64,000 bases of DNA from Dehalococcoidia bacterium (lineage in GTDB: Bacteria > Chloroflexota > Dehalococcoidia > Lucifugimonadales > Australimonadaceae): contig OZ244812.1 in assembly GCA_965220205.1 (NCBI GenBank), positions 1,705,678 through 1,769,677 on the forward strand. Reading direction: 5' to 3'. Both the position numbers and the translations under genes were made by a program. Shown in pieces: positions 26,875-35,573 of this stretch; position 1 is the first letter of the stretch, and each line of letters opens with the position of its first letter. The notes under the pieces were generated by a model, which saw only the letters and a program-made list of their open reading frames with translations, was not told the DNA's origin and did not search any database.

Positions 26875-27126
26875 CGGACCCGCGTCAGAACGGGAACTCG
26901 GCTGGCAACGCCGACCGCAACTCCAGGTATTCGGGGTCGTCAGCGTACTCCTCGGCGATCGCGCGGAGCCGGTCCACGAGGTCCTCGAGCGTCATCTGCA
27001 GGGTGTTGGAGACCATACCCGTGGTCTCTTCGAAGTCGCCGCTTCAGCTGCGGTATCAGCCGCGCATGCGGGACATGAGGTAGGAGTCTTCCTGCCGCAA
27101 CCCGTACTCCCTTCTTCCCGCCGGCG

Positions 27127-28098
27127 CTAGGCCGCCGCGCGCCTGCGCCGGCCGACCAGCGGGATACGCGAGAAGAAGCCGCCGATCTCGCCGTTTTCCC
27201 AGGACACCAGTATAAGGCTCGCAATGCAGATCGAGCTGTAGGTCCCGACGATGACGCCGGCCGCGAGCACGAACAGTAACGGGTGAATCGACGAGCTCGC
27301 GAACAGCACGAGCGAGACCACGACGATCAGCAGTGTAATCGACGTGTTGAGGGAGCGGCCGATGGTCTCGCGGACGCTGAGGTTGACGACCTCGGTGACC
27401 GATCCCGCGGGGAAGCGTCCGACGTTCTCGCGCACCCGGTCGAACACGACGATGGTGTCGTTGACGCTGTAGCCGATCGTCGTGAGCACGCCTGTGATGA
27501 ACATCGCGTTCACCTCGAGGCCCAGCGTCTTGCCCAGCAGCGAAAAGAGGCCGAAGACGATGAGCACGTCGTGCAGCAGGGCCACGATGGCGGCGGCGCC
27601 ATAGCGGAACGGGGACGGCACACGGCGGAACGCCCAGGTCACGTAGAACAGGATCACGACCGCCGCGACGATGACGGAGATGACGGCGCGACGGACGTTC
27701 TCGGCGCCGATAATCCCCGATACGTTGTCGAAGCTGACGATGGTCACGTCGCCGAGATTGTTGAGGGCGCCGCGCACGGCGTCGCGGTCTCCCGGTTGAA
27801 CGTTCCCCTCGCTGTCCGGCCGGCCGGGAGCGAGCTCGCCGACCCGTACGAAGAATGACCGCGGGCCGGTCGACTGGACAACCGCCTCGTCGTGGCCGAC
27901 GAACCGGAGCGCATCCTCGACGCCCTCAGGCGTGACGTCTCGGTCGTACTCGAGGGTGAGCGCCGCGCCGCCGCTGAAGTCGATGCCGGGCGTCAGCGCG
28001 GGCGGCACGGACAGCAGGACAATCGACCCAAGCACGAGTAGGCTCGAGAAGAGGAAGAACCATTTGCGGTAGCCGGCGATGTTCACGCTACGCCCCAT
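27127..28098 (-). CDS. secF: Protein translocase subunit SecF
   Basis: 323 aa. N-terminus YRKWFFLFSSLLVLGSIVLL, FSGGA, and a conserved TM bundle (TIGYSVNDTIVVFDRVREN). Overlaps the secD stop. Confidence 0.9.
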   Translation of the reverse strand: MGRSVNIAGYRKWFFLFSSLLVLGSIVLLSVPPALTPGIDFSGGAALTLEYDRDVTPEGVEDALRFVGHDEAVVQSTGPRSFFVRVGELAPGRPDSEGNVQPGDRDAVRGALNNLGDVTIVSFDNVSGIIGAENVRRAVISVIVAAVVILFYVTWAFRRVPSPFRYGAAAIVALLHDVLIVFGLFSLLGKTLGLEVNAMFITGVLTTIGYSVNDTIVVFDRVRENVGRFPAGSVTEVVNLSVRETIGRSLNTSITLLIVVVSLVLFASSSIHPLLFVLAAGVIVGTYSSICIASLILVSWENGEIGGFFSRIPLVGRRRRAAA

Positions 28099-29461
28099 GC
28101 TCGGTCAACGGTTGGCCTCGCCGGCCCTCGGGCGAGAAGATGCGGGGGAAGCGCCGCAGCCCTGTGCTGACGACAACCGACAGGAGGACGCGGCTGACGA
28201 CAATCGCCGTGAACATGCTGGTCGAGACGCCGATGATGAGGACGATGGCGAAACCGCGGACCGACGAGTTGGCCTCGCCCGCGAACAGGAAGAGCACCGC
28301 GGCGATCAGCAGCGTGGAGATGTTGCCGTCGCGAATCGACTGCCACGCTCGGTTGAACCCGAGCTGCGTGGCGAACTGGAGGTTGCGCCCGATGCGCAGC
28401 TCCTCCTTCATGCGTTCGAAGATGAGGATGTTCGCATCGACCGCCATGCCAAGGGACAGGATGAACCCGGCGACTCCGGCCAGCGTCAGCGTGACGGGAA
28501 CGATCTTGAAGATGGCGAGGACGAACGTCGTGTAGATGATCAGGGCGACGGCCGCGACGAAGCCCGCCATCCGGTAGTACGCCACCATGAAGAAGAGCAC
28601 GAGGGCGAGCCCGATCAGCCCCGCGATCATCGCGTCCTCCAGGGACTTGTCCCCGAGCGACCCGGCGACGACCGACGACGATATCTCTGTAATCTCAATG
28701 GGCAAGCGGCCTGACTCGATCTGGATGGAGAGCCGACGGACGTCATCAGCCGTGAAGCGGCCGCTGATCTGCCCATTGCCGCCCAGGATCGGGCTTTGGA
28801 CGACCGCCGCGACCAGCGTCTCGCCGTCGAGGACGAACGCCAGCTGGTCGGCGCTCGTCGTGGTCAGCGTCTCGAACAGCCGTTGGGTGATGACGGCGAA
28901 GCGGCCCGCCGCGCCCCTGTTCAGCTCGAACAGCAGGATCGGTTCGTTGGTGGTGGTGTTGGTTCCGGCGGAAGTGCGGGAGATGTCGGCACCGGAGAGG
29001 CCGGTGGGCCGGTCCTCGAAGCTGCCGGGGAACGCCTCGGAACATTCCGAGAAGCCGTCGAAGCAGACGCGCTCGATGACGTCCAGCTGCGCGGTCTCGC
29101 CGATGAGCCGCTCGGCCTCCGCGCTGTCCTCGATGCCGGGAAGTTGGATGATGAGGCGGTCGTCGCCGAGCTTCTGAATGCTGGGCTCGGTGACGCCCAG
29201 TCGATTGACGCGGCGCTGGATGTTGGCCACCAGCGCGTCCATCTGCTGCTCGGTCGGCTGGAACTCCGCATCGCCCGCCTGGTACACCAGGTGCGTCCCG
29301 CCTGCGAGGTCGAGCCCGAGCGTGAGGCCGAGCACCTCGTCCGTGCCGCGCTCGAACCCAACGGGACCCGCGTCGATCCGCTGAATGGCCAGCGCGGTGA
29401 CGGCCAACGCGAAGAGTCCCGCGATGAACAGGAGTGATTTCCAGCGGAGATGTCGTAGCAA
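28088..29461 (-). CDS. secD: Protein translocase subunit SecD
   Basis: 457 aa. LGLDLAGGTHLVYQ, a large periplasmic domain, and C-terminal TM bundle LSLGMAVDANILIFERMKEE. Confidence 0.9.
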   Translation of the reverse strand: MLRHLRWKSLLFIAGLFALAVTALAIQRIDAGPVGFERGTDEVLGLTLGLDLAGGTHLVYQAGDAEFQPTEQQMDALVANIQRRVNRLGVTEPSIQKLGDDRLIIQLPGIEDSAEAERLIGETAQLDVIERVCFDGFSECSEAFPGSFEDRPTGLSGADISRTSAGTNTTTNEPILLFELNRGAAGRFAVITQRLFETLTTTSADQLAFVLDGETLVAAVVQSPILGGNGQISGRFTADDVRRLSIQIESGRLPIEITEISSSVVAGSLGDKSLEDAMIAGLIGLALVLFFMVAYYRMAGFVAAVALIIYTTFVLAIFKIVPVTLTLAGVAGFILSLGMAVDANILIFERMKEELRIGRNLQFATQLGFNRAWQSIRDGNISTLLIAAVLFLFAGEANSSVRGFAIVLIIGVSTSMFTAIVVSRVLLSVVVSTGLRRFPRIFSPEGRRGQPLTEHGA

Positions 29462-29576
29462 GTTACGGTCCCTCGGCGGGACTCGGGCTGCGAGTACCGG
29501 GTGGTCTGGGAGGCGGGCCGAATGCCAATGCTACCACGGGCGCGCCCGGCCCGGAAGGCGCCTGCGCCGACAGACG

Positions 29577-29691
29577 CTGTTCAGAGTCGATGAGGCAGAT
29601 GCCTACGGAGGGGTGGATAACGACCTAGTCAGGGATAAACCGTGCTATCGGCCCCACCTTGGGCAAGACGGGTCTCACGAAGTCGGAACAG
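29577..29691. repeat. Repeat family B, copy 1 (about 115 bp, inverted termini CTGTTCAGAG / TCGGAACAG)
   Basis: Collinear with 30008-30124 (shared blocks GATGAGGC.GATGCCT.CGGAG, GACGGGTCTCAC). Imperfect terminal inverted repeats. Confidence 0.65.
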
Positions 29692-30007
29692 TCAGCGGCG
29701 GGGCGGGTGTTCTCGGGGTACTTCGGCTTCTTGATGGGGACTTGTACTCGTAAATGTTTGGTTCTTGTGTCGCCGGTGGGGTACCTTCGGCTTCTTAATC
29801 GAGGCTGTTTAGCAGGCCACGGCCTGCTTCCTGCGATTAAGGGGGCGTGTGAAACGCGCAAACGCACTTTTCGACATAGCTCTCTCTATGGGCGGCGGGT
29901 GAGTTGTAGGACACGGTAGGGGGTTCGGAGCGGACGGCCACGAGGGAGCATCTGGTGAGCATACCGGAGGGGGGAGGGTTGGGGTAAGGGGCAAGTGTCG
30001 TGGGCAA

Positions 30008-30124
30008 CTGTTCAGCGTTGATGAGGCGAATGCCTGCGGAGAGCGTGGACGACGACCTGGTCAGAGGTCAACCGCGCTATGGGCGGCGCCCCTGGTCGAG
30101 ACGGGTCTCACCAACTCTGAACAG
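30008..30124. repeat. Repeat family B, copy 2 (about 117 bp)
   Basis: CTGTTCAGCG ... CTCTGAACAG termini. Aligns with copy 1 at roughly 70 percent identity by eye. Confidence 0.65.
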
Positions 30125-30150
30125 TTACCGCCGACGGAGGCTGCTGGGCA

Positions 30151-30181
30151 GGGGTTCCGGTGTCTACGCACGAGATTACGG
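30151..30181. repeat. Repeat family C, partial copy
   Basis: GGGGTTCCGGTGTCTACGCACGAGATTACGG matches the 3-prime part of the 69-bp family C unit (GGATTCCCGTGTCTACGCACGAGAATGACGG). Confidence 0.5.
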
Positions 30182-30192
30182 TGGGGGCGCGT

Positions 30193-30261
30193 TCATGCGC
30201 GGTGGGCAGTCGATCCGCGCGAGGGGGCATGGATTCCCGTGTCTACGCACGAGAATGACGG
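30193..30261. repeat. Repeat family C, 69-bp direct repeat, left copy
   Basis: TCATGCGCGGTGGGCAGTCGATCCGCGCGAGGGGGCATGGATTCCCGTGTCTACGCACGAGAATGACGG. 66 of 69 positions are identical to 30569-30637. Confidence 0.7.
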
Positions 30262-30398
30262 CGGGGGGCGGCGCAGGAATGGGGGCGGGCCGGACACGGA
30301 AGTGAACGGAAATGGGCCAAAATGGCCGGAAATCGGCCCAAAACGTGAGGTTTTTCACTCGTAGATTGCAGGGGTTCACGAGTGGAGGGGCGAAATAG

Positions 30399-30428
30399 TG
30401 CGACATTCTGCGACATTTTGCGACATTT
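30399..30428. repeat. 3 x 10-bp tandem repeat (TGCGACATTY)
   Basis: TGCGACATTC TGCGACATTT TGCGACATTT. Helical-turn spacing, in an AT-richer patch. Confidence 0.7.
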
Positions 30429-30568
30429 ACTCGTAAATCGGGCCGGCGGCCCGGCGCGCCAGGACGCGGGGGTTTCGAGGGCCCTTCGACAGGCTCAGGA
30501 CAGGCTTCGATGGCCATGGTAGGGGTTGGGAGGCACTGGGGGGAGGGGCGGATGTCGTGGCGAGGGGC

Positions 30569-30637
30569 TCATGCGCGGTGAGCGGTCGATCCGTGCGAGG
30601 GGGCATGGATTCCCGTGTCTACGCACGAGAATGACGG
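30569..30637. repeat. Repeat family C, 69-bp direct repeat, right copy
   Basis: Same orientation as 30193-30261, with 3 mismatches. The two copies bracket a 307-bp AT-richer segment. Confidence 0.7.
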
Positions 30638-30660
30638 TGGCGAGGGGTGGGGAACTGCGG

Positions 30661-30822
30661 CTAGTCGCGGCCCGGGGTGGGAATACTGGGACGGGCCGGT
30701 AGCTCGCAGGCGGCGACGGGGCCGACGTAGTGCCCTTGGTCAACGCACGGCGCGGCGCTCACACCGGGGGGATAGACCTCGCCGCAGTCGTGGCACTCCA
30801 ACGCCGGCGCCGCCTCGGTCAT
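30661..30822 (-). CDS. Possible small Cys-containing protein, translationally coupled to def
   Basis: 53-aa ORF (MTEAAPALECHDCGEVYPPGVSAAPCVDQGHYVGPVAACELPARPSIPTPGRD). Its ATG overlaps the def TGA (ATGA), and GGGAGGGAG lies 4 nt upstream. Contains a CxxC plus two further Cys. No homology assessed. Confidence 0.3.
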   Translation of the reverse strand: MTEAAPALECHDCGEVYPPGVSAAPCVDQGHYVGPVAACELPARPSIPTPGRD

Positions 30823-31400
30823 AGCTCCCTCCCGGGAGACGCGGCTGCCCGAGCGCGTGCGTCCTCGTCCGCTTGTTCTTCGTCCGGCCCGTCGTCCTCG
30901 TCCTCGTCGTCCTCTTCGGAGCCCTCCCTGACTTCGTAGAGGTCGTCTTTGGACTGGAGGAGGTCGATGTACAGGATGCCGTTGAGGTGGTCCTCCTCGT
31001 GCTCGAGCGCCTGGGCCAGAAGGCCATCGACACCCTTGTAGCGGACGGGATTCCCGTCGAGGTCCACCGCCCGCGCCCACACCTTCTCGGCTCTCTGGAT
31101 GCGGGCCCGCCAGCCTGGGAGGCTGAGGCAGCCTTCGGTTACCTCGCGCTCGCCCTCTTTGCGGGTGACCTCGAGGTTGACGAGCACCGTTGGCGCCTCG
31201 TCCTCAGGCATCTCGATGACGCAGATACGCTTGAGTGAGCCAATCTGGTTCGCCGCGAGGCCCACGCCGCTGTAGTGGCGCATCGACTCAATCATGTCAT
31301 CGGCAAGCGCGCGCAACGCCGGGTCCCGGGTGTCGCGCACCTTACGCGCCTTCTGCCGGAGGACCGGGTCGGAGACGTAGTGCATGGGTAGGACAGCCAT
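30819..31400 (-). CDS. def: Peptide deformylase with an acidic C-terminal tail
   Basis: Start MAVLPMHYVSDPVLRQKA at 31400. The three Def motifs are GVGLAANQIG, EGCLSLPG and HEEDHLNG. About 35 extra Asp/Glu-rich residues at the C-terminus. Confidence 0.9.
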   Translation of the reverse strand: MAVLPMHYVSDPVLRQKARKVRDTRDPALRALADDMIESMRHYSGVGLAANQIGSLKRICVIEMPEDEAPTVLVNLEVTRKEGEREVTEGCLSLPGWRARIQRAEKVWARAVDLDGNPVRYKGVDGLLAQALEHEEDHLNGILYIDLLQSKDDLYEVREGSEEDDEDEDDGPDEEQADEDARARAAASPGREL

Positions 31401-31450
31401 GGCCCTAGTATACCGGGAGGGCCGCGCCGGCCATACCGTTTCCATAGGCG

Positions 31451-31522
31451 TCCAAGTTCGTGGGACCCTCTTCGACAGGCTCAGGGCGAACGGATGGGAC
31501 GGAGCTATTCAGAGATCCCCTA
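31451..31522. repeat. Repeat family A, right-half copy
   Basis: TCCAAGTTCGTGGGACCCTCTTCGACAGGCTCAGGGCGAACGGATGGGACGGAGCTATTCAGAGATCCCCTA matches the right half of family A. Its terminal CTA is the complement of the priA TAG stop. Confidence 0.6.
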
Positions 31523-34021
31523 CACGTTCACCGGGTCGATGTCCACGGTCCAATGCGGCGGGACGCTCGTCTTGGCCAGCAACAGACGCGGGTTGGACGC
31601 CCGGAGGACGACCTGCCAACGCCACGCTCCGCGGACTCGCGGCGGGTAGGCGGGGGCGGGTCCGACGACATCGACGTCCCGCATGTCCCACTTCCGCGCC
31701 AGCCGCCTGAGGTCGCCAGCGAGCCGGTGCGCTTCGGCGCGGGCGCTTTGCGGGTCCGCGTGGCCGAACAGCAGCAGGGCGAGCCGCCCGAATGGCGGGT
31801 TGCCCTGGGCCCTCCGGTAGCGCATCTCGTCGCGGTAGAACGCATCGTAGTCCTGCCGGGCGGCGGCTACGATCGCATAGTGCTCGGGAACGTAGGTCTG
31901 GATGACGGCGCGTCCCGGCGTGTCGCCCCGCCCCGCGCGCCCCACGACCTGTGTGAGCAGCTGGAACGTACGCTCGGGCGCGCGGAAGTCCGGCGCGTGC
32001 AGACCCACGTCGGCGAGCACGACCCCCGCGACGGTCACCGCGGGGAAGTCGAGGCCTTTCGCGACCATCTGTGTGCCGACGAGCACGTCGGCTTCGCCGG
32101 AGGCGAAGCGCGCAAGCAGCCGTGCGTGAGCCGCCGCCGTCGGGGCCGCGTCACGGTCCCAGCGGAGCACCCGTGCGGACGGCAGGAGCCGGCGCACCTC
32201 CTCCACGAGGCGTTGCGTGCCGAGACCGAGGTCCCGGATACGGTCGCTTCTACAGCGGGGACAGCGCGCGGGCCGGGCTCGCCGCCGGTTGCAGTGGTGG
32301 CACACGAGCACGCCCCGCCCGCCAGCGGCGTCCGTCGTATGGTGCGTGAACGCCGTCCCGCACCGGTAGCAGCGCATGACGTGACCGCACGAGCGGCACT
32401 CGACGACGCTGCCAGCCCCGCGCCGGTTCAAGAAGAGGACCGACTGCTTCCCGGCCTGCGACGCGCCGGTCAGCGCGCCGGCGAGCGCACGACTGAAGAC
32501 GCCTCGGTTGCCGTCCCGCAACTCAGCCCGCATGTCGACGACCTCGACCGAGGCCATCGACGCCGGGGCGCCGGAGCGGTCGATACGCTGGGGCAACGCC
32601 AGGCGCCGGCGCCCCCGCTCGGCAGCGTCCGCCGTGACGACGTCGGGGGTCGCGCTCCCGAGCACCACGACGGCCCCGGCGGCCCTCGCCAGCTCCATCG
32701 CGGCCTCCCGCGCGTGGTAACGGGGCGAGGCGTCGCTCTGTTTGTACGTCCACTCGTGCTCTTCATCGACGATGATGAGGCCGAGGTCCGGCTGCGGCGC
32801 GAACAGCGCGCTGCGGGCGCCGATCACCACTCCGCGCTCGCCGCGGTGCACCGCCCACCACTGCGACCACTGCTCCGGGGCGCCCATGCTGCTGTGCAGC
32901 ACGCCGACCTGTCCCGGGAAGCGGGCCTCGAAACGCTCGACCATCTGGGGGGTGAGCGCGAGTTCGGGCACGAGGACGATGGCCCGCTTCCCGAGGTCCA
33001 GGCACCGCGACAGCGACTGGAGATAGACCTCCGTCTTGCCGCTGCCGGTCACTCCCCGGAGGAGGAACCAACGCGGCTCGTGGGCGGCATCACGCAGCGC
33101 GGCGCTGATCGCGGCCAGCGCCGCCGACTGCGCGGGAGTGGGGAGAAGCGGCGGCTCCGGCAACCTAGCGGCGACAGCGGGCTCGGGACGCGGGACCAAT
33201 CCGAGCGTCGCGACGCCCCCGCGCACGAGCGACGCGACAGCTGAGGAGCCGTACTCGGCCCGGGCGTCCGCGGCCGTGAGCGGAGTCTCGCCGCCCCGCG
33301 CAAGCCTTCTCGCCAACTCGGCCTGACGGGGCGCCCGCGCCGACCGGACGTCGGCGTACGCGGAGAGGTCGGCCGGCGCAACGGCGGGCAAGACCGCCTG
33401 CACGCTCCGGGGAACGCGAACGGCAGGCGCGACGACTCGCTGCTCCACGACTCCCGCCTTGACCAACGCCCGCGCCGCACTCTGCGCCCATGGACCGAGC
33501 GCTTGGACCAGGCGCGCGAGCTGGCGCGGCTGCGGGTTGGCGCGCAGGTAGGCAAGTAGGCGGCGCGCCGCGGGCGAGAGGTCCGCGGGCTCCTCGGCGT
33601 CCGCCACGGGCCAGATCGTCAACCGCGCCCGTCCGCGCCAACCCGGGGGGAGCATCGGCGCCAGCGCGTCGAACAGAGGGGCCATGTAGTAGTCGGCGAT
33701 CCACCTGGCCAAGGCCATGCGCGGCCCGTCGATCAGCGGCTCCGGGTGCAGCAGGCGCGCCACGGGCTTGACGTAGTCGACGCGCAGGACGTCGGTGAGC
33801 GAGGTGACGACGCCGCGTACGGAGCGGCGGCCGAACGGCGCCTGCACGAGGTGGCCTGGGCGCAGGTCCAGCGTATCGGGGATGGCGTAGGTGAACTCGT
33901 CGCCAGGAAGCGACGTCTTGGCGTCGACAGCGACGTTGACGTAACGAGGAGCGGCGGACGCCGGGATGTCGGATCGTGAGAGCGGCGACAACGGATGCGC
34001 CTCCGCGCCGAGTATACCCAT
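31520..34021 (-). CDS. priA: Primosomal protein N-prime (replication restart helicase PriA)
   Basis: 833 aa. Walker A GVTGSGKTEVY, DEEH box (IIVDEEHEW), Cys-rich zinc insertion (CRSCGHVMRCYRCGTAF...CHHCNRRRARPARCPRC), C-terminal domain. Confidence 0.9.
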   Translation of the reverse strand: MGILGAEAHPLSPLSRSDIPASAAPRYVNVAVDAKTSLPGDEFTYAIPDTLDLRPGHLVQAPFGRRSVRGVVTSLTDVLRVDYVKPVARLLHPEPLIDGPRMALARWIADYYMAPLFDALAPMLPPGWRGRARLTIWPVADAEEPADLSPAARRLLAYLRANPQPRQLARLVQALGPWAQSAARALVKAGVVEQRVVAPAVRVPRSVQAVLPAVAPADLSAYADVRSARAPRQAELARRLARGGETPLTAADARAEYGSSAVASLVRGGVATLGLVPRPEPAVAARLPEPPLLPTPAQSAALAAISAALRDAAHEPRWFLLRGVTGSGKTEVYLQSLSRCLDLGKRAIVLVPELALTPQMVERFEARFPGQVGVLHSSMGAPEQWSQWWAVHRGERGVVIGARSALFAPQPDLGLIIVDEEHEWTYKQSDASPRYHAREAAMELARAAGAVVVLGSATPDVVTADAAERGRRRLALPQRIDRSGAPASMASVEVVDMRAELRDGNRGVFSRALAGALTGASQAGKQSVLFLNRRGAGSVVECRSCGHVMRCYRCGTAFTHHTTDAAGGRGVLVCHHCNRRRARPARCPRCRSDRIRDLGLGTQRLVEEVRRLLPSARVLRWDRDAAPTAAAHARLLARFASGEADVLVGTQMVAKGLDFPAVTVAGVVLADVGLHAPDFRAPERTFQLLTQVVGRAGRGDTPGRAVIQTYVPEHYAIVAAARQDYDAFYRDEMRYRRAQGNPPFGRLALLLFGHADPQSARAEAHRLAGDLRRLARKWDMRDVDVVGPAPAYPPRVRGAWRWQVVLRASNPRLLLAKTSVPPHWTVDIDPVNV

Positions 34022-34057
34022 GCGCGGGCTCTCGGCGTTACGGCCCGATGTCGCAGG

Positions 34058-34411
34058 CTAGCGCTTGCCCGTTTGGGTGCGCTCCTTGATGCGCGAGGCC
34101 TTGCCGGAGAGGCCGCGCAGGTAGTAGAGCTTGGCCCGTCGAACGATGCCGCGCCGCATGACCTCCACGCTCTCGACGTTGGGGGAGTGGAAGAAGAAGC
34201 TGCGCTCGACGCCAATCCCGGACGCGACGCGACGGACGGTGAAGGAGCTCGACGGCCCGCCGCCGCGCTTGCGGATGACGACTCCCTGGAAGCTCTGCTG
34301 CCGTCGCCGCTCGCCCTCGCGGATCCAGACGTTCACCTTGACGGTGTCGCCGGGTTGGAACTCTTGAATCTTGGGGTTCGCCTCGAGTGCGACAACTTCG
34401 CGGGCTTCCAT
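34058..34411 (-). CDS. rplS: 50S ribosomal protein L19
   Basis: ATG 34411. [35 protein letters not shown]...[19 protein letters not shown] is the L19 signature. The upstream part of the tracked ORF is spurious. Confidence 0.93.
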   Translation of the reverse strand: MEAREVVALEANPKIQEFQPGDTVKVNVWIREGERRRQQSFQGVVIRKRGGGPSSSFTVRRVASGIGVERSFFFHSPNVESVEVMRRGIVRRAKLYYLRGLSGKASRIKERTQTGKR

Positions 34412-34457
34412 GGGACTCTCCGTGCAGTAGCGGTAGGGCGCAGACGCGCGAAGCTTG

Positions 34458-34486
34458 ATTATACGGAACGCAGACCGGGGCGGCAA
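34458..34486 (-). promoter_or_regulatory. Candidate sigma-70-type promoter for rplS
   Basis: On the minus strand: TTGCCG, a 17-nt spacer, then TATAAT, about 45 nt upstream of the rplS ATG and just downstream of the pfkA stop. Confidence 0.4.
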
Positions 34487-34499
34487 TGGCGCGCGCCCG

Positions 34500-35465
34500 C
34501 TACGTCGTCGTGACCCGGTACACGCGCCACAGCTCCTCGCTCCACGGGTCAGGCACCGGGGCCAAGTGGTCGATGTCCTCGATGGCGACTTGATTATGCC
34601 GCCACCCAATGAGCACATTGGACCGGCCCTCCAGCAGCGCCTCGGTGGCCGCGACCCCCATGCGCGTGGCGAGGATGCGGTCGAACCGACTCGGCACGCC
34701 GCCGCGCTGGATGTAGCCCAGGACCGTGTACCGAGCGTCGTAGGGGTTGGGAGCCTCGTTGATCAGTTCCGTGAGCTGCGCCGCGCTCCAGCGCGCGCCC
34801 TCGGCAATGACCACGATGAAGTGGCGCTTGCCCCGCACGTCCATCTCCCGCATCTCGGCGAATATGCTCTCGAGCTCGGAGGCGCGCTCGGGGGTGATGA
34901 TCATCTCGGCGCCCGTGGCGATCCCGGCCATCATGGCGATGTAGCCTGAATGCCTGCCCATCACCTCGACAATCATGGCCCGCTGGTGGGCGCTGGCGGT
35001 GTCCCGCAGCCGGTCGATGGCCTCCACGGCGGTGTTGATGGCAGTGTCCGCTCCCACGGTGATCTCCGTGCCGCGCATGTCGTTGTCGATGGTGACCGGC
35101 ACCACGACCGTCGGAACGCCGAGCAGGTGGAGCTCCCTCGCGCCGTTCATCGAGCCGTCGCCGCCCATGACCACGAGCCCTTCGATGCCCTCGCCGCGCA
35201 GATAGTCGGCGCACGCCTGGCGCGTCGCCGCGTCGAAGAATGCCGGGCACCGTCCCGCGCCGATCATGCTGCCGCCGCGTTGGAGAATCCCCGCGACGCC
35301 CCGGCTGGTCAGCTGCTCTATGCGCCGGTCGACGAGTCCGTTGTACCCGTCCCATACGCCCCAGACCTCGAGTCCCCGCTCGAGGGCGCTGCGCGTCACC
35401 GCGCGGATGCACGGGTTCATCCCAGGGGCGTCGCCCCCGCTGCCGAGGATCGCGATCTTGTTCAC
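34500..35465 (-). CDS. pfkA: ATP-dependent 6-phosphofructokinase
   Basis: 321 aa. [30 protein letters not shown] and GYIQRGG motifs in canonical order. Confidence 0.9.
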   Translation of the reverse strand: MNKIAILGSGGDAPGMNPCIRAVTRSALERGLEVWGVWDGYNGLVDRRIEQLTSRGVAGILQRGGSMIGAGRCPAFFDAATRQACADYLRGEGIEGLVVMGGDGSMNGARELHLLGVPTVVVPVTIDNDMRGTEITVGADTAINTAVEAIDRLRDTASAHQRAMIVEVMGRHSGYIAMMAGIATGAEMIITPERASELESIFAEMREMDVRGKRHFIVVIAEGARWSAAQLTELINEAPNPYDARYTVLGYIQRGGVPSRFDRILATRMGVAATEALLEGRSNVLIGWRHNQVAIEDIDHLAPVPDPWSEELWRVYRVTTT

Positions 35466-35573
35466 AGCCGCACTCCCTCACCGGGCTCCATCGGGCCCCA
35501 AAATCTTACCAGACCCCATTATGCGAAAATGCCAGGCGCTGCGCGGCGGCCACGGTAAGGGCAAATGCGCCTG

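Noticed and set aside
26885-27016. 43-aa minus-strand ORF downstream of secF (MVSNTLQMTLEDLVDRLRAIAEEYADDPEYLELRSALPAEFPF)
   Set aside because: The translation looks protein-like. However, the ORF is very short, has only a weak RBS-like GAAGAG, abuts a MITE copy, and has no recognisable family. It could be a remnant of a disrupted gene. Not enough support to call.
29613-29621. DnaA-box-like TTATCCACC (reverse complement of GGTGGATAA) suggesting an origin
   Set aside because: This is a single 8/9 match inside a family B repeat. There is no cluster of boxes, no adjacent AT-rich unwinding element, and no dnaA/dnaN context.
29805-29830. SRP (4.5S) RNA-like segment GCUGUUUAGCAGGCC...GGCCUGCUUCC
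   Set aside because: It lacks the conserved domain IV (GGAAGGAAGCAGCC with GNRA loop and symmetric/asymmetric loops). It is just a perfect short hairpin.
29462-30660. CRISPR array in the repeat-rich island
   Set aside because: The repeats belong to at least three different families, with unequal lengths (31-117 bp), imperfect identity and irregular spacing. There are no cas genes in the window.
29463-30660. Remnant or pseudogene of fmt downstream of def
   Set aside because: None of the six frames gives formyltransferase-like sequence, such as the HxSLLPxxRG or N-terminal GTPxFA motifs. The translations are repeat-derived Pro/Arg/Gly-rich strings.
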